Shown one piece after another: positions 48,301 through 60,755 of a DNA stretch of 64,000 nt. The stretch's first letter is position 1. Every line of letters starts with the position of its first letter. The position numbers and the translations under genes were made by a program. The stretch is from Marsupella aquatica. Taxonomy: Eukaryota > Plantae > Marchantiophyta. The DNA lies in assembly GCA_973895155.1 (NCBI GenBank), contig OZ316896.1, forward strand, positions 19,146,754 to 19,210,753, written 5' to 3'. The notes beneath the pieces were generated by a model that searched no databases, was not told the DNA's origin, and saw nothing but the letters and a program-made list of their open reading frames with translations.

Positions 48301-49035
48301 ACTGCAGGAACAACTTTTCCAGGTTTCATGGAGTGGATCAGAGTGGCAATTAGAGAGCATCACGAGACCCACCCAGACATGGATGCAGATGTTTACCTAC
48401 TGTCTAATGCCCCTAGCCTGAAAGTGAAGACTTACAAACGGATGAGAGCATATGGGAATCACTTCCGAGTGAAGGATGGTGACAGTGCCTACAGGGTGAC
48501 GAATGATTGCGGGCTCATCACTGTATTTGAGCAACAGAGCCACAATCACGACAGGGCCTGGATGGAGATGGGATATGTGGGAGAATTAGTTGACATATGG
48601 GCTCTGGACTATGGGGCGGTGTCTAGTCCTGTGATTCTTATGAAAGGTTCATGGGTGCGGCAGGATTGGCTTGGTAACAGGGCTACCATGAAGAGAGACA
48701 ACGACGGTTTCTTGCTGGCCAATTTCAGAGGGAAATTGCCCGAATGGTCTGAGCCATTTGTGTTTCCTAGTCAGGTGGAGCAAGCTTTCTTCCTGGATGT
48801 GGAAGACTCCCCAGGTTGGCGTGTAGTGTGTCATAAACAGGCCAGGCAACGCCGGATGGAAGGATCAAACCTTGAGTTTCATTTACACTCTCATAGTGCC
48901 TTTGATCGTCGGCGTTCAGACCAAGTGCCTGTAGTTCATGATAGCGGGGACTTCATTCCTGTGACAAGGGTAGATGCATTTGCTGAAGGAGGCGAATTCA
49001 GAGATGTAGATGCCAACAGTGTGCCTGTGCCATGA
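45304..49035 (+). pseudogene. CACTA TnpD-like transposase (transposase-associated, Transposase_21, DUF4218 and DUF4216-type regions), 3 exons, one in-frame stop
   Basis: RCPCAIC; IHACPDGHVLFR..CPKCG..KVLRHFPLIPRLQRMF; RNVRLGLSLDGVNPF; NYNLPPW; IDVMHIEKN; MKSHDYH; FPPAFFDVMTHL; RWLYPLER; EPFVFPSQVEQAFF. Exons 45304-47127, 47251-48152, 48270-49035; TAG at 47485-47487. Confidence 0.93.
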
Positions 49036-49191
49036 GTAATGTGAATTGTTTGCATAGACATTAGTGAGGGGAAGGATGTGTAATAAAGTAATTCTGAAGC
49101 AACACAGATGTATGGATGGATGCCTGGTGATTGTGGTTGCATTGTGTTATACGGGGTGACCATAGATGACATGTTTTTGTGGTCCAGTAGG

Positions 49192-52100
49192 ATGGAACAG
49201 AGTGACACAGAGATGTGTGAGTATGAAAGGAAAGCTATGGAACAACGAGCATACGTGAAAGCCAAAATCGCAGAACTGGATCTGGAAAAGGATGTGGCTG
49301 AATTGTAAGGGAACGATTCTCAACTACACCCCTCCGCTGAGTTTGTGTGACATGAATAGTTCAATGTGGCACTGAAATTGTGACTGTATTCTCATATTGG
49401 AATGTCGCAGAGCCACAGCATTTTCAAAGAAACAAAAGGAGTACGCAAGAAGGGTGACCAGCACTATCTCTGGGCCTGTGCGTCGGAGTGACAGGTTGAG
49501 CAAGAAGGTCGTACCTACAATGGCAGAATGTGGAGATGACATTGATGCTGCACAGGTGGGTGCAGACACTAGACAAGAAGATGCAGATGATGAGTATTTT
49601 CCAAAGGAAATGGATGAGGATGGGGGTTATGAAGATGAATACATTGCAGAGCAGCCCCAAAAGAAACATGTAAGTAGTTTTCCCAACAAGGTTTTGAGTT
49701 AAAAACTCTTGTTTAGAGGTTTCATATGTTCAGTACTACACATATGTACCTTGCTTAGTTCCTGACATTGTAGTTGGTGATGTGATGCAGCGTCCTGCCA
49801 GTTCTGTTTTGCCTTCGAAGCCTGTGCATGCACCATACCAGCAGGGGGGGCTGACCTCTGATCAAGGTTGGCGAGGTGGTAGTAGTGGTAGATCCCAGGC
49901 TGGTGCCCAATACTATGGCAGGGGGCAAGCTCTAGGTTATGCCCGTGGTAGAGGCAGAGCAGGTCCAAACCCACAATCTCGTGGGTATGGACGTCCACCT
50001 CAACCATGGGGATGTGAGTATATATCTATATGCCAGTTCTTTGTGAAGGCATGGCACTCCTGAATTTCAGACTGCATATCAATTTTTGACATTGTTTGGG
50101 ATGTATTGGATTCAGACAACATGAAATTCTGTCCACCTGCCATTGCATGCAGATTCTGCCCAACCTGATTGGGCAAATGCTAGTAATGATCAGTTCCAAT
50201 GTCCACAAGGACAGACATGGGTTGAACCAGGTTGGGAGGATGGTGGTGGGTCGTGGAATGAACAAGGTTGGGAAGGTGGTGAAGGTAATTGGCAGGGATA
50301 TCAAAATTCAGTACCTACAAACGCTGGAAGAGGAGCAGGTAATGTCTGATCTTGTCAGCAATGGAAGAACTCATTATATGTGGAGTCCATTCACGTGGGG
50401 GGGACTCTGCACATGTATAATGATAGAAAATGTATGTGTGCAGGTTGGACAGTCGAACCATCGACTCAAGTATTCACTAATGCCCCTATGCAGATGCAGC
50501 ACGGAAGGGGGACAGGTATATCGGTGAATGTTCAGTTGTTTTCCTACAGTTTGTACTTAGTTTTCAGTACATATGTTTGCACACACATACCTAGAAAGTG
50601 ACATCATCCGGCCCCTGTACTAGGCTGGACAGGTGGTCCAGGGTCGCAACAATTTCAGAGTGCAGTCCCTGCACAGGCATCTACAGGCAGAGCTACAGGT
50701 ATGTATGTTTGAAGAATTTTTCTTGAAGTGAAGCATTGAATGTTGCCGTCATCCATTCTGCTATATGTAGTTCTCAAGCATGAATGGCATTGTATTTTCC
50801 CAGGTGGCTTCAGAACCCCAGGTAGGGTGAATGAAGGGGTGGCCAATACAACGCCCAGTACTACCGAGAGCAGTGCACGAGGGGAGGTGACAAAGAAAGG
50901 GAACGTAAAGTTGAATGAGAGACAATGGGTGGATGCTGAGTGTCCTCGCAAGAACCGATGGCATGCTGATTTGAAAGCTGAAGTATTGCGTTGGTTAGAT
51001 GTGAGTGTTATTAATTTTAAAAAACAGCATCCAAAAGATTGGAAGACTGTATGTGAAAATGTTGCTGCCAAATGGAATTATGTGGGCAGTGATGATGGCG
51101 TGGACATAGGTTGCCTAGAGAGTACAGCAGGTAAAATTATCAAGCAAGAGAGGTGGAGAATGCATAAGGCTTGGAAGGAAGGTGGGGAGAAGCCAGATAT
51201 GCCTCCACCAGCCAGTTGTGATGATAAAGTGTGGGCAAGGTTAGTAGCTTATTTTGTAACAGATGCTTCAAAAAAGAAGAGTTCACAGATGACCGAGGCC
51301 AGGTTGAGTGTTCAGAACCCTAATCTGACAGGAAGGACCGGCATTGCACCGACAGCTAAACGTTTGGTAAGAATGAATGGCCTAGCTATGTAATTTATGC
51401 TACACTATGTACTATTTTTTAGTGTAAACCCATACATGTAAACTTTGTTTTTTAGTGTACGTTCCCTGAATATTGATCGATAACTTGTGTTTGCCATGCA
51501 TGTGCAGAAAGCCCAATTGGGGCAAAGCCCTTCAAAAGAAGAGTTGAGGGCTGAAATTGTGAACACCCGGGCTCAAGAGGGTGCATCTGAATCCTCCAAG
51601 CATGTAAGTTATATGAGTTCTGATTGGTAATTGAATGACCTGCGTTGAATTTCAGGTGTACACTGTATATAACATTGATTGTGCATATATTGCCCAACAT
51701 TTCATATGGAGTGATTGAACCTATACCCCTGTGTCATGTAGGGAGGTGGATCTTCACTTACAGAGATAAGTGGTCGTTTGAAGGCTGTCGAAACATGTCT
51801 TCCAGAGATCAATGAACGTTTGAATTCATTGACTGACTTGTTCCATGTGAACTTCAAGACATTAATGGAAGCTGTTGTGTCGGTGAGAGATAAAATTGAT
51901 TCCAATTCTGCAGGAGTTCCACCATCACCACTTGAGGTGGCAAAGTCGATGCACTCTTCTGGCATGCCAACGACATGTAGGCTTGAAGGTAAGGCCTTTA
52001 CAACTGTGTGGGATATGATTATTAAATGTATAGTTTGAATTGACATTGTTTGTTGAATGTGTTATTTTCAGTAACATATATTGTGGTTGTTGTGTCCATA

Positions 52101-52898
52101 GAGAATAAGACAGGTGCTACAGAGAAGAAGTATGAGAACCTGGCAAATACTCGCTGTAATTTAGAGGCAACAAAGTTGCAGTCTGTACAAGCAACTTGTT
52201 TGACAGAGGGCAGTCAACCATGTTTGGATGAGGATGACATTGGCAAGGGAGTGGATGATATCAATGTTGGGGCAAATGAGGATATCAGCAAGCATGACAA
52301 TGATACCATTGAGCCAGATTCATGCTATGTAGATCTTGACTCCATTGCAGAGATAAATGATTTGCAGAATGTATCATTCTCAATGACAGGTGTGCCTCTT
52401 GTTGAGATAAATCCAACCAAAGAGTTAGTTGGTATGACACTCCCAGGTGATGAACCTGCTACTGTGACAGTCCTAACAGAGGAACCTACTGAGCCTAGCT
52501 TCACTATTGTGAAGAGAGGAAGCATGCGCACACGAAGCAAGTCTGCTGGTGGGAGCAGAGCCACGTCAAAGGTTTCATACAAACCTCCAAGAACAGTGCT
52601 GGCAGAAAGATCTAAGGTGGAAGTGGGGAAAGCACCTAATGCTGAGGGACAAAGTGGCTTGTTAGCTGTTGATGAGAGTGGAACACGAGTAGGATTTGCC
52701 AGAGTGCAGGTTGGTTCCACAACGTTCCATGGCAAGAGGATTCCCCCAGGTTATTCAGTAGTGTTAGTCACATTACTAGTGAAACCTAAAGCTGTCCTTC
52801 CCATTCCAAACACAAATGATGATCCTCCTCAAAAGACACTTGGAGATGCTGCAGGTTCTTTGGTATTATGGCCAAGCAAGTTCATAGAGGATCCATAA
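49192..52898 (+). CDS. CACTA TnpA-like (ORF2) multi-exon gene; exon structure only partly resolved
   Basis: N-terminal CEYERKAMEQRAYVKAKIAELDL; Ptta/En/Spm-like WARLVAYFVTDASKKKS..ARLSVQNPNLTGRTG; C-terminal FHGKRIPPGYSVVLV..LPIP..TLGDAAGSLVLWP typical of plant CACTA ORF2; several GT-AG flanked segments. Confidence 0.75.
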
Positions 52899-53394
52899 CA
52901 ATGTCATGCCATTATTTGTTTGTAGTGTGAGTCATGTTATGTAGATTTTAGATGTCAAGAAGCAGTACAAGAATCATGTCCTCTTGGAGATTCATAGTAT
53001 CATGCATGTGCTTTCAGTTATCTCATCCTACAGTCATCAATTATGAGTTCCTGTTTTGTCTAAATTACATTGATCACATTGTAAACTATTCCATTGGAAT
53101 TCAAATGATCTTCATTTTTTAGCAAGATTGTGATTGTGTTTAATTCTTATGAATGTTTTATGTAGGATTTGCTTATATGATGTTTTGTTTCATGTGGATG
53201 TCATTCATGCTATGTTCATTTCTTGTATTCAATGTGTTATATTTCTAAAGTTAGAACATCAGGTTTCTATGTATTGTAATGTCGAGTGCTCTCTCTTCTT
53301 ATGAACTGTCCCTCTGTGTTCATTAGTCATGGTTATAACTTGCATGTGAACCTTATTAGTTATAAACATGAGTATATAGAGTCCCAAATGGTTC

Positions 53395-53753
53395 TGTTGT
53401 GTGACGCGGGCCAGGGTCTCCATTGGTCTCTCCTGTGACACTAAATAGTCACACGCTAGTCGTTGTTGAATGCGGGTAAGTCATGTATGTGACTTACGAT
53501 GTGACTCGCTGAAGTCATATTGCAGTCACGTCGAAACAAGGCTAGACTCCACAATAAAGTCACAGATCAGTCACAAATGGGTATCAAGCAAGTTGCAAAG
53601 CCCAGTATCAATAGTGACTTCCATTTTTTGGTCTCAACTTTTGCAACTCCAAGGGTCACAGCGTGGGTCAAGTCACGTTGAGTCACAATGAAGTCACATG
53701 AGCCAAAATGAGTCATATATTGCGGTCTCAGTTCACCTCGGATTCTTCTAGTG
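53395..53753. repeat. CACTA right subterminal repeat array (core AGTCAC/GTGACT, both orientations) and right TIR
   Basis: More than 10 copies, e.g. tagtcacac, aagtcatg, tgtgactta, cagtcacg, aagtcacag, gagtcacaa, aagtcacat. Confidence 0.85.
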
Positions 53754-53756
53754 AAG

Positions 53757-54650
53757 GCAGCCCTCTCTGATATGATAGTAGACTGGTCAGGTTTCCGTTG
53801 AGTCCAAGTCCACCACCTGAAGCATTTGAGAAGCAATAGAAGATGGAGGAACTGGATGCCGACCAAAAAGTAGAAAATAAGGAGAGAAGTTGGACAAGGA
53901 GGCATGGTTGGACATGCGGTACCCCATGGCAATGTAAGGCAGTGCCAAGTCCCAATCTTTCTTGTTCTTGGTGAGGCATATTTTCCGCAATCCTTGTTTG
54001 CAGGTCTGTACCATCCGCTCAACTAGACCATCCGCTTGAGGATGATCCCTTGAAGTTCTACGATGATCAATGAGTGCATGGTCAAGTAGGTCCTGAAATT
54101 CTCCTCTGAATTTAGAGCCCTGGTCAGTGAGGCACTCTGCACAAGCCCCAAACCTGCTAAGCACTTGCTGGAGAAAAGCTTGGCTAGTGCTATGTGAACT
54201 CTTATCAGGCAAGGCAACCAATTCAATCCACTTAGAAAAGTGCTCAATCATGATCATTATATAGAGGTTACCCCTGGATGTCAAAGGTAATTCTCCAGCA
54301 AAATCACAAGATCAGCGGTAAAACAATCCCTGAATAGGGAGTGGATGAAGTATAGGCTGTCGAGAGGAGAATGAGGTTCTTACTCTGTCACACTGTTCAC
54401 ACCTAGCTATGATATCCCGAATCTGAGCATGCATCCCCTTCCAATGGTAGTGAGGAGCCATCAAACTATAAGTACGCTTGATTCCAAAATGCCCAAGTTC
54501 AGAATGTACTTTTCTGACCAAGTCAGCCCTATCAGCAATTGGTGGAACCACTCTCTCCCCTTGTGGAAAACAGCAGACTAGGTGATCTCCCTTCCACATG
54601 TAACGCTTAGACCATTGTTGTATCTGATCCCTTTGAGTAGTGGTCATGCT
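53757..54650 (-). pseudogene. Gypsy integrase, HHCC zinc finger and DDE core (disrupted)
   Basis: VHSELGHFGIKRTY..HYHWKGM..ARCEQC; SCDFAGELPLTSRGNLYIMIMIEHFSKW; CLTDQGSKF; HPQADGLVERMVQ; FSPYFLLFGRHP. Confidence 0.93.
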
Positions 54651-54668
54651 TGGTGGGTACTGCTTGTG

Positions 54669-56044
54669 CTACAAGAAATTCAGAGTGTCCAAATCCTCCC
54701 AGATGTCCACAATTGGTTGGCCAACAACGCTGCAACAAAGCAAGGCAAGATAGGCAGAGGCCCCAAGTGTAGAGCTAGGACTAGCATGATCAAAATCTTG
54801 CCGTGCATCTGAAAAATCTGTTGAAGTGATCAAAGGACTGCGAGACATGGTGTCAGCATTCTGGTGAGTAATTCCAGGTCTATGAATAACTGCAAACTCA
54901 TATTCTTGCAAAATGAGGACGAGCTAGCTTGCCGGTAAGCTTATCATTGGTCATCAACCACTTCAGTGGCTGGTGATCGGTAAAGAGCATGAACTTAGTG
55001 CCATACAGGTAGGGTCTGAAATGTATGACAACCCACACAACAGCCAAGCATTCGCCTTCATAAGAGGAGTAGTACGTTGCTCTCAGCCTTGTTATTGCTC
55101 CTAGACGCATAAGCAATGACATACTCCCGCTCGTCCCCATCAGATTGACCCAAAATGGCACCAATACCTAGAGCACTCCAATCTGTATGCAAAATGAATG
55201 TTTTGCTGAAATCAGGCCTTCTGAGAACAGGGTAACTTGATAACTTTCCCTTCAAAGTTTCAAATGCCACCTGAGTGTCTTCAGTCCATTTCCAGGTAAC
55301 ATCCTTCTTAAGTAACATGTACAATGGGTGAGCAATGATGCTAAAGTCCTGGATGTAAATTCTGTAGTAATTACATAGACCAATGAAGCTTTGCAAAGTG
55401 TGAGTATCAGTAGGCTTGGGCATCTCAAGAATAGAGACCACTTTAGCCCAATGAGCCATAGTGCCATTTGGAATGATTTGATGCCCAAGGTAAACCACTG
55501 AGGTAACAACAAACTCACACTTCTTGGGATGGATCTTCATATTAACATTTCTCAGCCTCCTCAACAACTCTTCAAGATCTAATAAGTGTTGCTCAAAACC
55601 CTTGCTATGAACTAACACATCATCAATATGAAATCAGCACCTTCTAGTACTTGATCCATCACCCGTTGAAAGAAGACTGGTGCATTCTTCAGTCCAAATG
55701 GCATCACCAACCATTCCCACAATTGATTGCTCCCATGAAAAGTTGTCTTCTTACGGTCCTCAGCCCGAATAAATAGGTCTCTCATCGGTCAGCTCAATGG
55801 AGAATTGCATCACCTTGCACTTGCCCAAGTCTCTCATTGAGAAAGCAAACACATCTTCATAGCTCAATAGCAAATTCAGTACCTGATCCCGTTGCTTCTT
55901 ACTCAACTGATTACCCATCACAAACTGGAAATTTGCAACGCATGGTGTAGAGCTAGTGGGTGTACTACAAGAACCTGATGTGCTTTCCTCTTTGCCTGGT
56001 GTGATCTGGTCCATGCCATGTTCTGATTTTGAAATTTTAGTCAC
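54669..56044 (-). pseudogene. Gypsy reverse transcriptase and RNase H (frameshifts, internal deletion of the RT N-terminal part)
   Basis: [31 protein letters not shown]; (Y)IDDVLVHS; KKCEF..YLGH; FILHTDWSALGIGAIL; YEGECLAVVW; FTDHQPL; HQNADTMSR; PIY is joined directly to IRAEDRKK near 55765. Confidence 0.93.
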
Positions 56045-56189
56045 ATTACAGAGTACCTCTCCCCCCCAACACTAGGAGTGAAATGTAGAGTGGAGAGGAT
56101 GGGTAAATGTACTTCATTAGGGTGCCAGGTAAGAACTTCATTAAGGCGAGAGGCTGGGTCACCCATAGTAGGAACAGTATGCATCTGGA

Positions 56190-56790
56190 AAAGAATACAA
56201 GTAACCAAAAGCCATGTTAAAGCATTAAGATCCATGACTCTGCCAAGAAGAGAATTCTGCTCTAGCCTAGTCACTTTAACATGACCAGTAGTGCCAGTTT
56301 GGAAACCCATAGCTCGCTCTCGCTCCTCCGGGCTTGGCTCATCCCATATATGTATCCAAAGCGTGACGATAGACCAGCCCTGGTCCATCCCCTTGGAAGG
56401 CATGGGCGCCAGGAAACGAAACAAAGGTAGGCCAAGCACCTCTGGGCTCCCCAATGGTGTTAGCAGGGTACCAAGGTGCTCTCTCTTGCCGAGTGACGGG
56501 CTGACAAGAGCTATTAGCATCCAAAATCTGGTGCACCTATAATGTAGGGTCTCTGACTGTATGTTTTAGAGCCAATTGTAGTAAGCAAACCCGGGAGCGA
56601 ACCGATGCAATATTGGTCCAAAAATTACGCAAACGATGCGCATAAGACCGACATTGGGCTGCATCAATTAAGAACGGTGGACCAAGATAGTGTTGGACTA
56701 GAAGAAAATCCTCTTGGATGTTCTTCCGCTGGTCAAATTGAGAGGGTGTGTTCTCAATGACATAACCAACAACAGGGTAAAGAGCCTGGG
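56190..56790 (-). pseudogene. C5 cytosine DNA methyltransferase domain, C-terminal half (motifs VI, VIII, IX, X), DNMT3/DRM-like, within Gypsy pol
   Basis: Manual translation: GYVIENTP (VI); PFLIDAAQCRSYAHRLRNFWTNI (VIII); EPSPEERERAMGFQTGTT (IX); TRLEQNSLLGRVMDLNALTWLL (X). Confidence 0.88.
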
Positions 56791-57894
56791 TGTCACCTAC
56801 TTATCAAACGATTTACACGACAAATACGTATTTACTCCTACTAAAATCATTTGTTATCGTATGACGAGAACATGGAGGGACGCTATTAGGATTCTATTGC
56901 ATGTAGGATGAGTATGTTTATTTTCGCTCTCAGAAATGTAATTTTTGATCAAGTCTACCAACTAGCCGCTCTGCTTTTGATCAAGTCCCATGGACTATGC
57001 CATACACACACTCCTACTGGTCGTCGGTGGAGTGTTGTCACCACCCTTCCCTACTCACATGGTTGACCAAACCGTGCAAGGATTCCTTAGACGTTTCTTG
57101 GGGAAAGAATACAATCGTGAACCAGAAAAGGTAACACCGCACCAAAACTTGAGGAATCAAACCAAATCCATATCTTTTGGCAAAACGTTGTAACACATTG
57201 CAAGGACAACCCGGCCTCCTGCCGTCTGTCCAACTACTGCCTCACTGGGGCAAGTGCTACACCTCTACCTCACTACTCTGGCTTGATTCCCTCTTCTGGC
57301 TATGAGCTAACTTCCCTAAGCAAACACTAAAGTGAGTCCCCCCCTCACTACTACGGGGCTCTCCCCCTAAATACCAAAAAACATACAAAAGCACCCCTCA
57401 CGAGGCCACAACGATGGCGGCTTACCCTAGCGGCGCCACTAAACCCTTCACTAAGAAACCCCTAAACTAAAAGCATGCAGCACACACATGCTTCTAAAAC
57501 CCTAAACCCTAAACTAACAATGGGGCCGATGGTGCCTTCGACGACGCCCCAACATTACTCCGTGAACCGTGAAATTGCAAGGAACCCCACAATGGCCGAA
57601 ACTAGGTGCTCTTCCACTTGCACTTCTGAGTTCACCCCTGGATAGACCTTCTCCTCCTGATCATGAATCACTCAACCGCTCTTGAAACGGACATCGGACG
57701 ACCAAGTTATGGTCGTTTCAGTATCCCGTAAACCCAACTTCGTCGGGCCCTAACTTGCTCATCCTGGCTCCGTTTGAGGAGCGCTGCCTCTTGTTGGAAT
57801 CAGCTCCGTGAGCTCTTTCCAACAAGCCCGTGAGTGACCCCTCACAAAAAGTTGGAAAGTCAAGGGGCCGTACAACCACGTCCGTACGACCACT

Positions 57895-59778
57895 CTAATC
57901 CTCCTCCTCTTCACTCACTGTGCCTTGGCTTGAGCCCCGTGAGTGGGCCTCCTCATCACTCTCCACTGGAGTGAGTGCCACCTCACTCCTCTTCTTCTTT
58001 ACCGGGGTACTCCTTGTGCTAGTGCTCCCCTGCTTCCTCAAATTGGCCAAGGCCTGCCACGCCTTAATGTACCCCTCACCAATGGTGTCCTTCCATAAGG
58101 CTGTCTCTTCATCGGACCGCAACTCCAACGGTAAAACCTGCCCGGTGGCCATGGGAGTCCCAGGGGTGACAGATCGGGGTGGCATCCCCGTGTTGACCTG
58201 AGCCTCTCGTAACGATTTACGTACCTCCCTGAGCTTCTTCTCTAAGCTCTTGCTTTTCTCTTGACTCTTCTTGGCTGTATCCAATAGGGGTCCATACTTC
58301 CCACTGACTTCCTTCACCACCATCTCAATGGCTATGAAGATCAAATCCGGGGAAAGTGTGGAGCTAGGTGTGTAGGGGCTCTTCCGTTTCCCGAGATTCA
58401 AGGCCTCACTCCTCTTAGCCCTTGTCTCAAAGATCACCATTTGACTCCGTAGAGCTCCTACCTGGGCTCTTAACTCCACCACTTCTCCAGAATTCTGCTT
58501 CTCTTTGGCCAATGCCTGTTTCAATACTCCAACCTCTTCCGCTTCCTTGGCCTTGGTGGACAAGGCTCCCTTCAAGTTGGAGATCTCTACGTGAGCTGCT
58601 TGGAGAGGTTTATCCTTCTCATGAATGGCCTCCTCATTGGCCTTGATCACCTCCTTCATAGACAGGGCACTCTGCTCCAAATTCTCTACTCTGGCGGTGG
58701 CCTGCTTGAGAGAATCTCTCAATGCGTGGACTAGCTTGAGTCCCTCATGGACTCCCTCCCGGAATTCCCGTAACTTTGCCAAGTAGACATCAGGAATGTC
58801 ATAGACCAGGGGCTCCTCCGGATTTCCCACAAGTGATTCAAGCCACTCCAATGTGGAGTTCTCATCCTGGTTTTCTTCCTCTCTATTATCATCCCCAACC
58901 GCCGAGGATGATCCCTCCGTTAGTTTTCCCAAGATGGTAGTGGCAATACTCCTGATTTTCGTGGTAAAGGATGATCCAGAGTCTTCCTGTCCCGGGGAAA
59001 CAATCCACCCTTCTGCTCTGGCCAGAAAAAATGACCCCATCAAATGTACAGCCCCACCTGGTTTCACACTCTCAAAATCGGCGTCCAATAGCTTCTTCAA
59101 CCCGTAGTACCACCATCCGTACACATGGGCTGGATAGTTCTTGATGTCCATAGCTACCACGAAATGTTCTCCATTCACCACCCCGGATTGCATGTTACCA
59201 AGGACCCATTGATGAACCTTGGCCAGAAATCCCTTGTGCTCAGCGTTCTTGACGGCGGAAAGAGGAATGAAAGTAGTGGAGGTGGGATTAATCACCCAAC
59301 CGGCCACCATTGTGAACGTGAGCTCTCCCCTTATGTTCCGCGGTGTGAATGAGAATTGTTGGTTCTCCAGAAACAGAAGCTTAGCTAACTGAACATGGGG
59401 CACTACCCGTTGGAGACATTCAAAGTAGATTCCTTCGGTACGTAACTCCATCCCGGCCTCAATGTTCCAATTCTTCCCCGAAGGGATTGTAAACTCCACC
59501 TTCATGAACTCTGTGAGCCCGGTGACTTGAAAAATATTCCTACGATCCTCCATCACCTTGGCGGAGGTCTTGGGATAAATTCGATGGAAAACCTTCCTAC
59601 TCACCGGTGTGGAACTTGCCGCCAGCCCAGTACTCATCATAGCTTTTCTCTCTTCTCTCTCTCTTGCAATCAATGTCTCAACGTAGTCACGGTAAGCAAC
59701 CTTGTATCTCCAAACGCGTGCCGCACTAAACTCTGGTTGATCCAGCATCCATCCAGAAATCAAATCCTCAATCACCAA
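57895..59778 (-). CDS. 627-codon ORF of unknown function inside the 4.3-kb insert; C-terminal coiled-coil and acidic/basic tail
   Basis: Long uninterrupted ORF; E/K/A/L heptad-rich region (LRDSLKQATARVENLEQS..VVELRAQVGALRSQ); TATAAG and a CT-rich leader upstream on the minus strand (~60023); first ATG near 59748. Confidence 0.65.
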   Translation of the reverse strand: MVIEDLISGWMLDQPEFSAARVWRYKVAYRDYVETLIAREREERKAMMSTGLAASSTPVSRKVFHRIYPKTSAKVMEDRRNIFQVTGLTEFMKVEFTIPSGKNWNIEAGMELRTEGIYFECLQRVVPHVQLAKLLFLENQQFSFTPRNIRGELTFTMVAGWVINPTSTTFIPLSAVKNAEHKGFLAKVHQWVLGNMQSGVVNGEHFVVAMDIKNYPAHVYGWWYYGLKKLLDADFESVKPGGAVHLMGSFFLARAEGWIVSPGQEDSGSSFTTKIRSIATTILGKLTEGSSSAVGDDNREEENQDENSTLEWLESLVGNPEEPLVYDIPDVYLAKLREFREGVHEGLKLVHALRDSLKQATARVENLEQSALSMKEVIKANEEAIHEKDKPLQAAHVEISNLKGALSTKAKEAEEVGVLKQALAKEKQNSGEVVELRAQVGALRSQMVIFETRAKRSEALNLGKRKSPYTPSSTLSPDLIFIAIEMVVKEVSGKYGPLLDTAKKSQEKSKSLEKKLREVRKSLREAQVNTGMPPRSVTPGTPMATGQVLPLELRSDEETALWKDTIGEGYIKAWQALANLRKQGSTSTRSTPVKKKRSEVALTPVESDEEAHSRGSSQGTVSEEEED

Positions 59779-60511
59779 ATCCCGTCACCCGTAGCGATGT
59801 CAATACCCTGGCCTGAAATGGTCCCCGTATCCCGATCAATCAATGACCCTCAATTCCCTGAGAAGCCACTCAACGCCGCCGCCAATGCCCGACAAGAAAT
59901 GAGCCACCAATCACCAATAATCCACCATGAGAGAGCTTCAAAAATAATTGCAAGAGCTGGAGAGAGCTTTCGGCAATGAGGGAAATTGCGCAAAGAGAAG
60001 GGGGTGAGAAAAATGACTTATACACGGTAAGCTTTCCCTGTTTTTCTTTTCCTCACGACTGCACTTCTCGCCATGCGCCCCGGCCCGCAGCCCTATGCAG
60101 TGCCATGCATGTCCCGCTCACGGGGGCTTAATTGCCCCCCTTTTCCACATGATCGCTTCCTCTGTGCCGACTGCGGCCCGGCTGCGCCTCGGCTCACCTC
60201 GGCTCTTGCAGCGCAATGCCCTCCCGTAGCACCCCCCTTTGGGGAATTAAAAAAAACCCCCGCACACCGGGCTCCTCCCGGCTTGCTGCTTACTCGCGCC
60301 GACTCACGGCGCCCTCCCTGACTCACACAACATGCCTCCCTATGCAAGGGGCTGGGTCTCCCGGGTGCCACCTGGTCACTCACGGAACGCGCTCGGCTTG
60401 CCCCATGCCAGGCCACTTTAAGGGGCATTTAACCCCCCTCCGCGACCTTCCTGATCCCCGGCCTCCCGTAGCGCTCCGCTACCCCGGCCTCCTTACTTAG
60501 TACTCGCGGTG

Positions 60512-60755
60512 CCCCTTAATGGGGAATTTTAATTTCCCCCCCCACACCTTGGCGCCTCGCGGCTGCTGCCGCGCCTCGCTTCCTTCATCTCGCAGGGGCT
60601 CCTTAATCGGGAATTTTTAACTTCCCCCCCACACCTCGGCGCCTTGCGGCTGCTGCCGCGCCTCGCTTCCTTCATCTCGCGGGGGCTCCTTAATGGGGAA
60701 TTTTTAACCCCCCCTAAATCCCCGAGCGCACCTCGGCTGCACCGCGCCTCGCTAT
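60512..60755. repeat. GC-rich ~88-bp tandem repeat (2 full copies plus a partial one) inside the 4.3-kb insert
   Basis: ccttaat(g/c)gggaattt..aa..ccccc..cacacct.ggcgcct.gcggctgctgccgcgcctcgcttccttcatctcgc.ggggct repeated. Confidence 0.85.

Larger units (their letters stand above)
35748..53753 (+). mobile_element. CACTA (En/Spm) DNA transposon, 18,006 bp, both termini intact
   Basis: Left TIR CACTAGAAGAAACCGAGccattCTGAGACC at 35748; reverse complement of the right end CACTAGAAGAATCCGAGgtgaaCTGAGACC ending 53753; 3-bp TSD AAG at 35745-35747 and 53754-53756; internal TnpD and TnpA genes. Confidence 0.96.
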
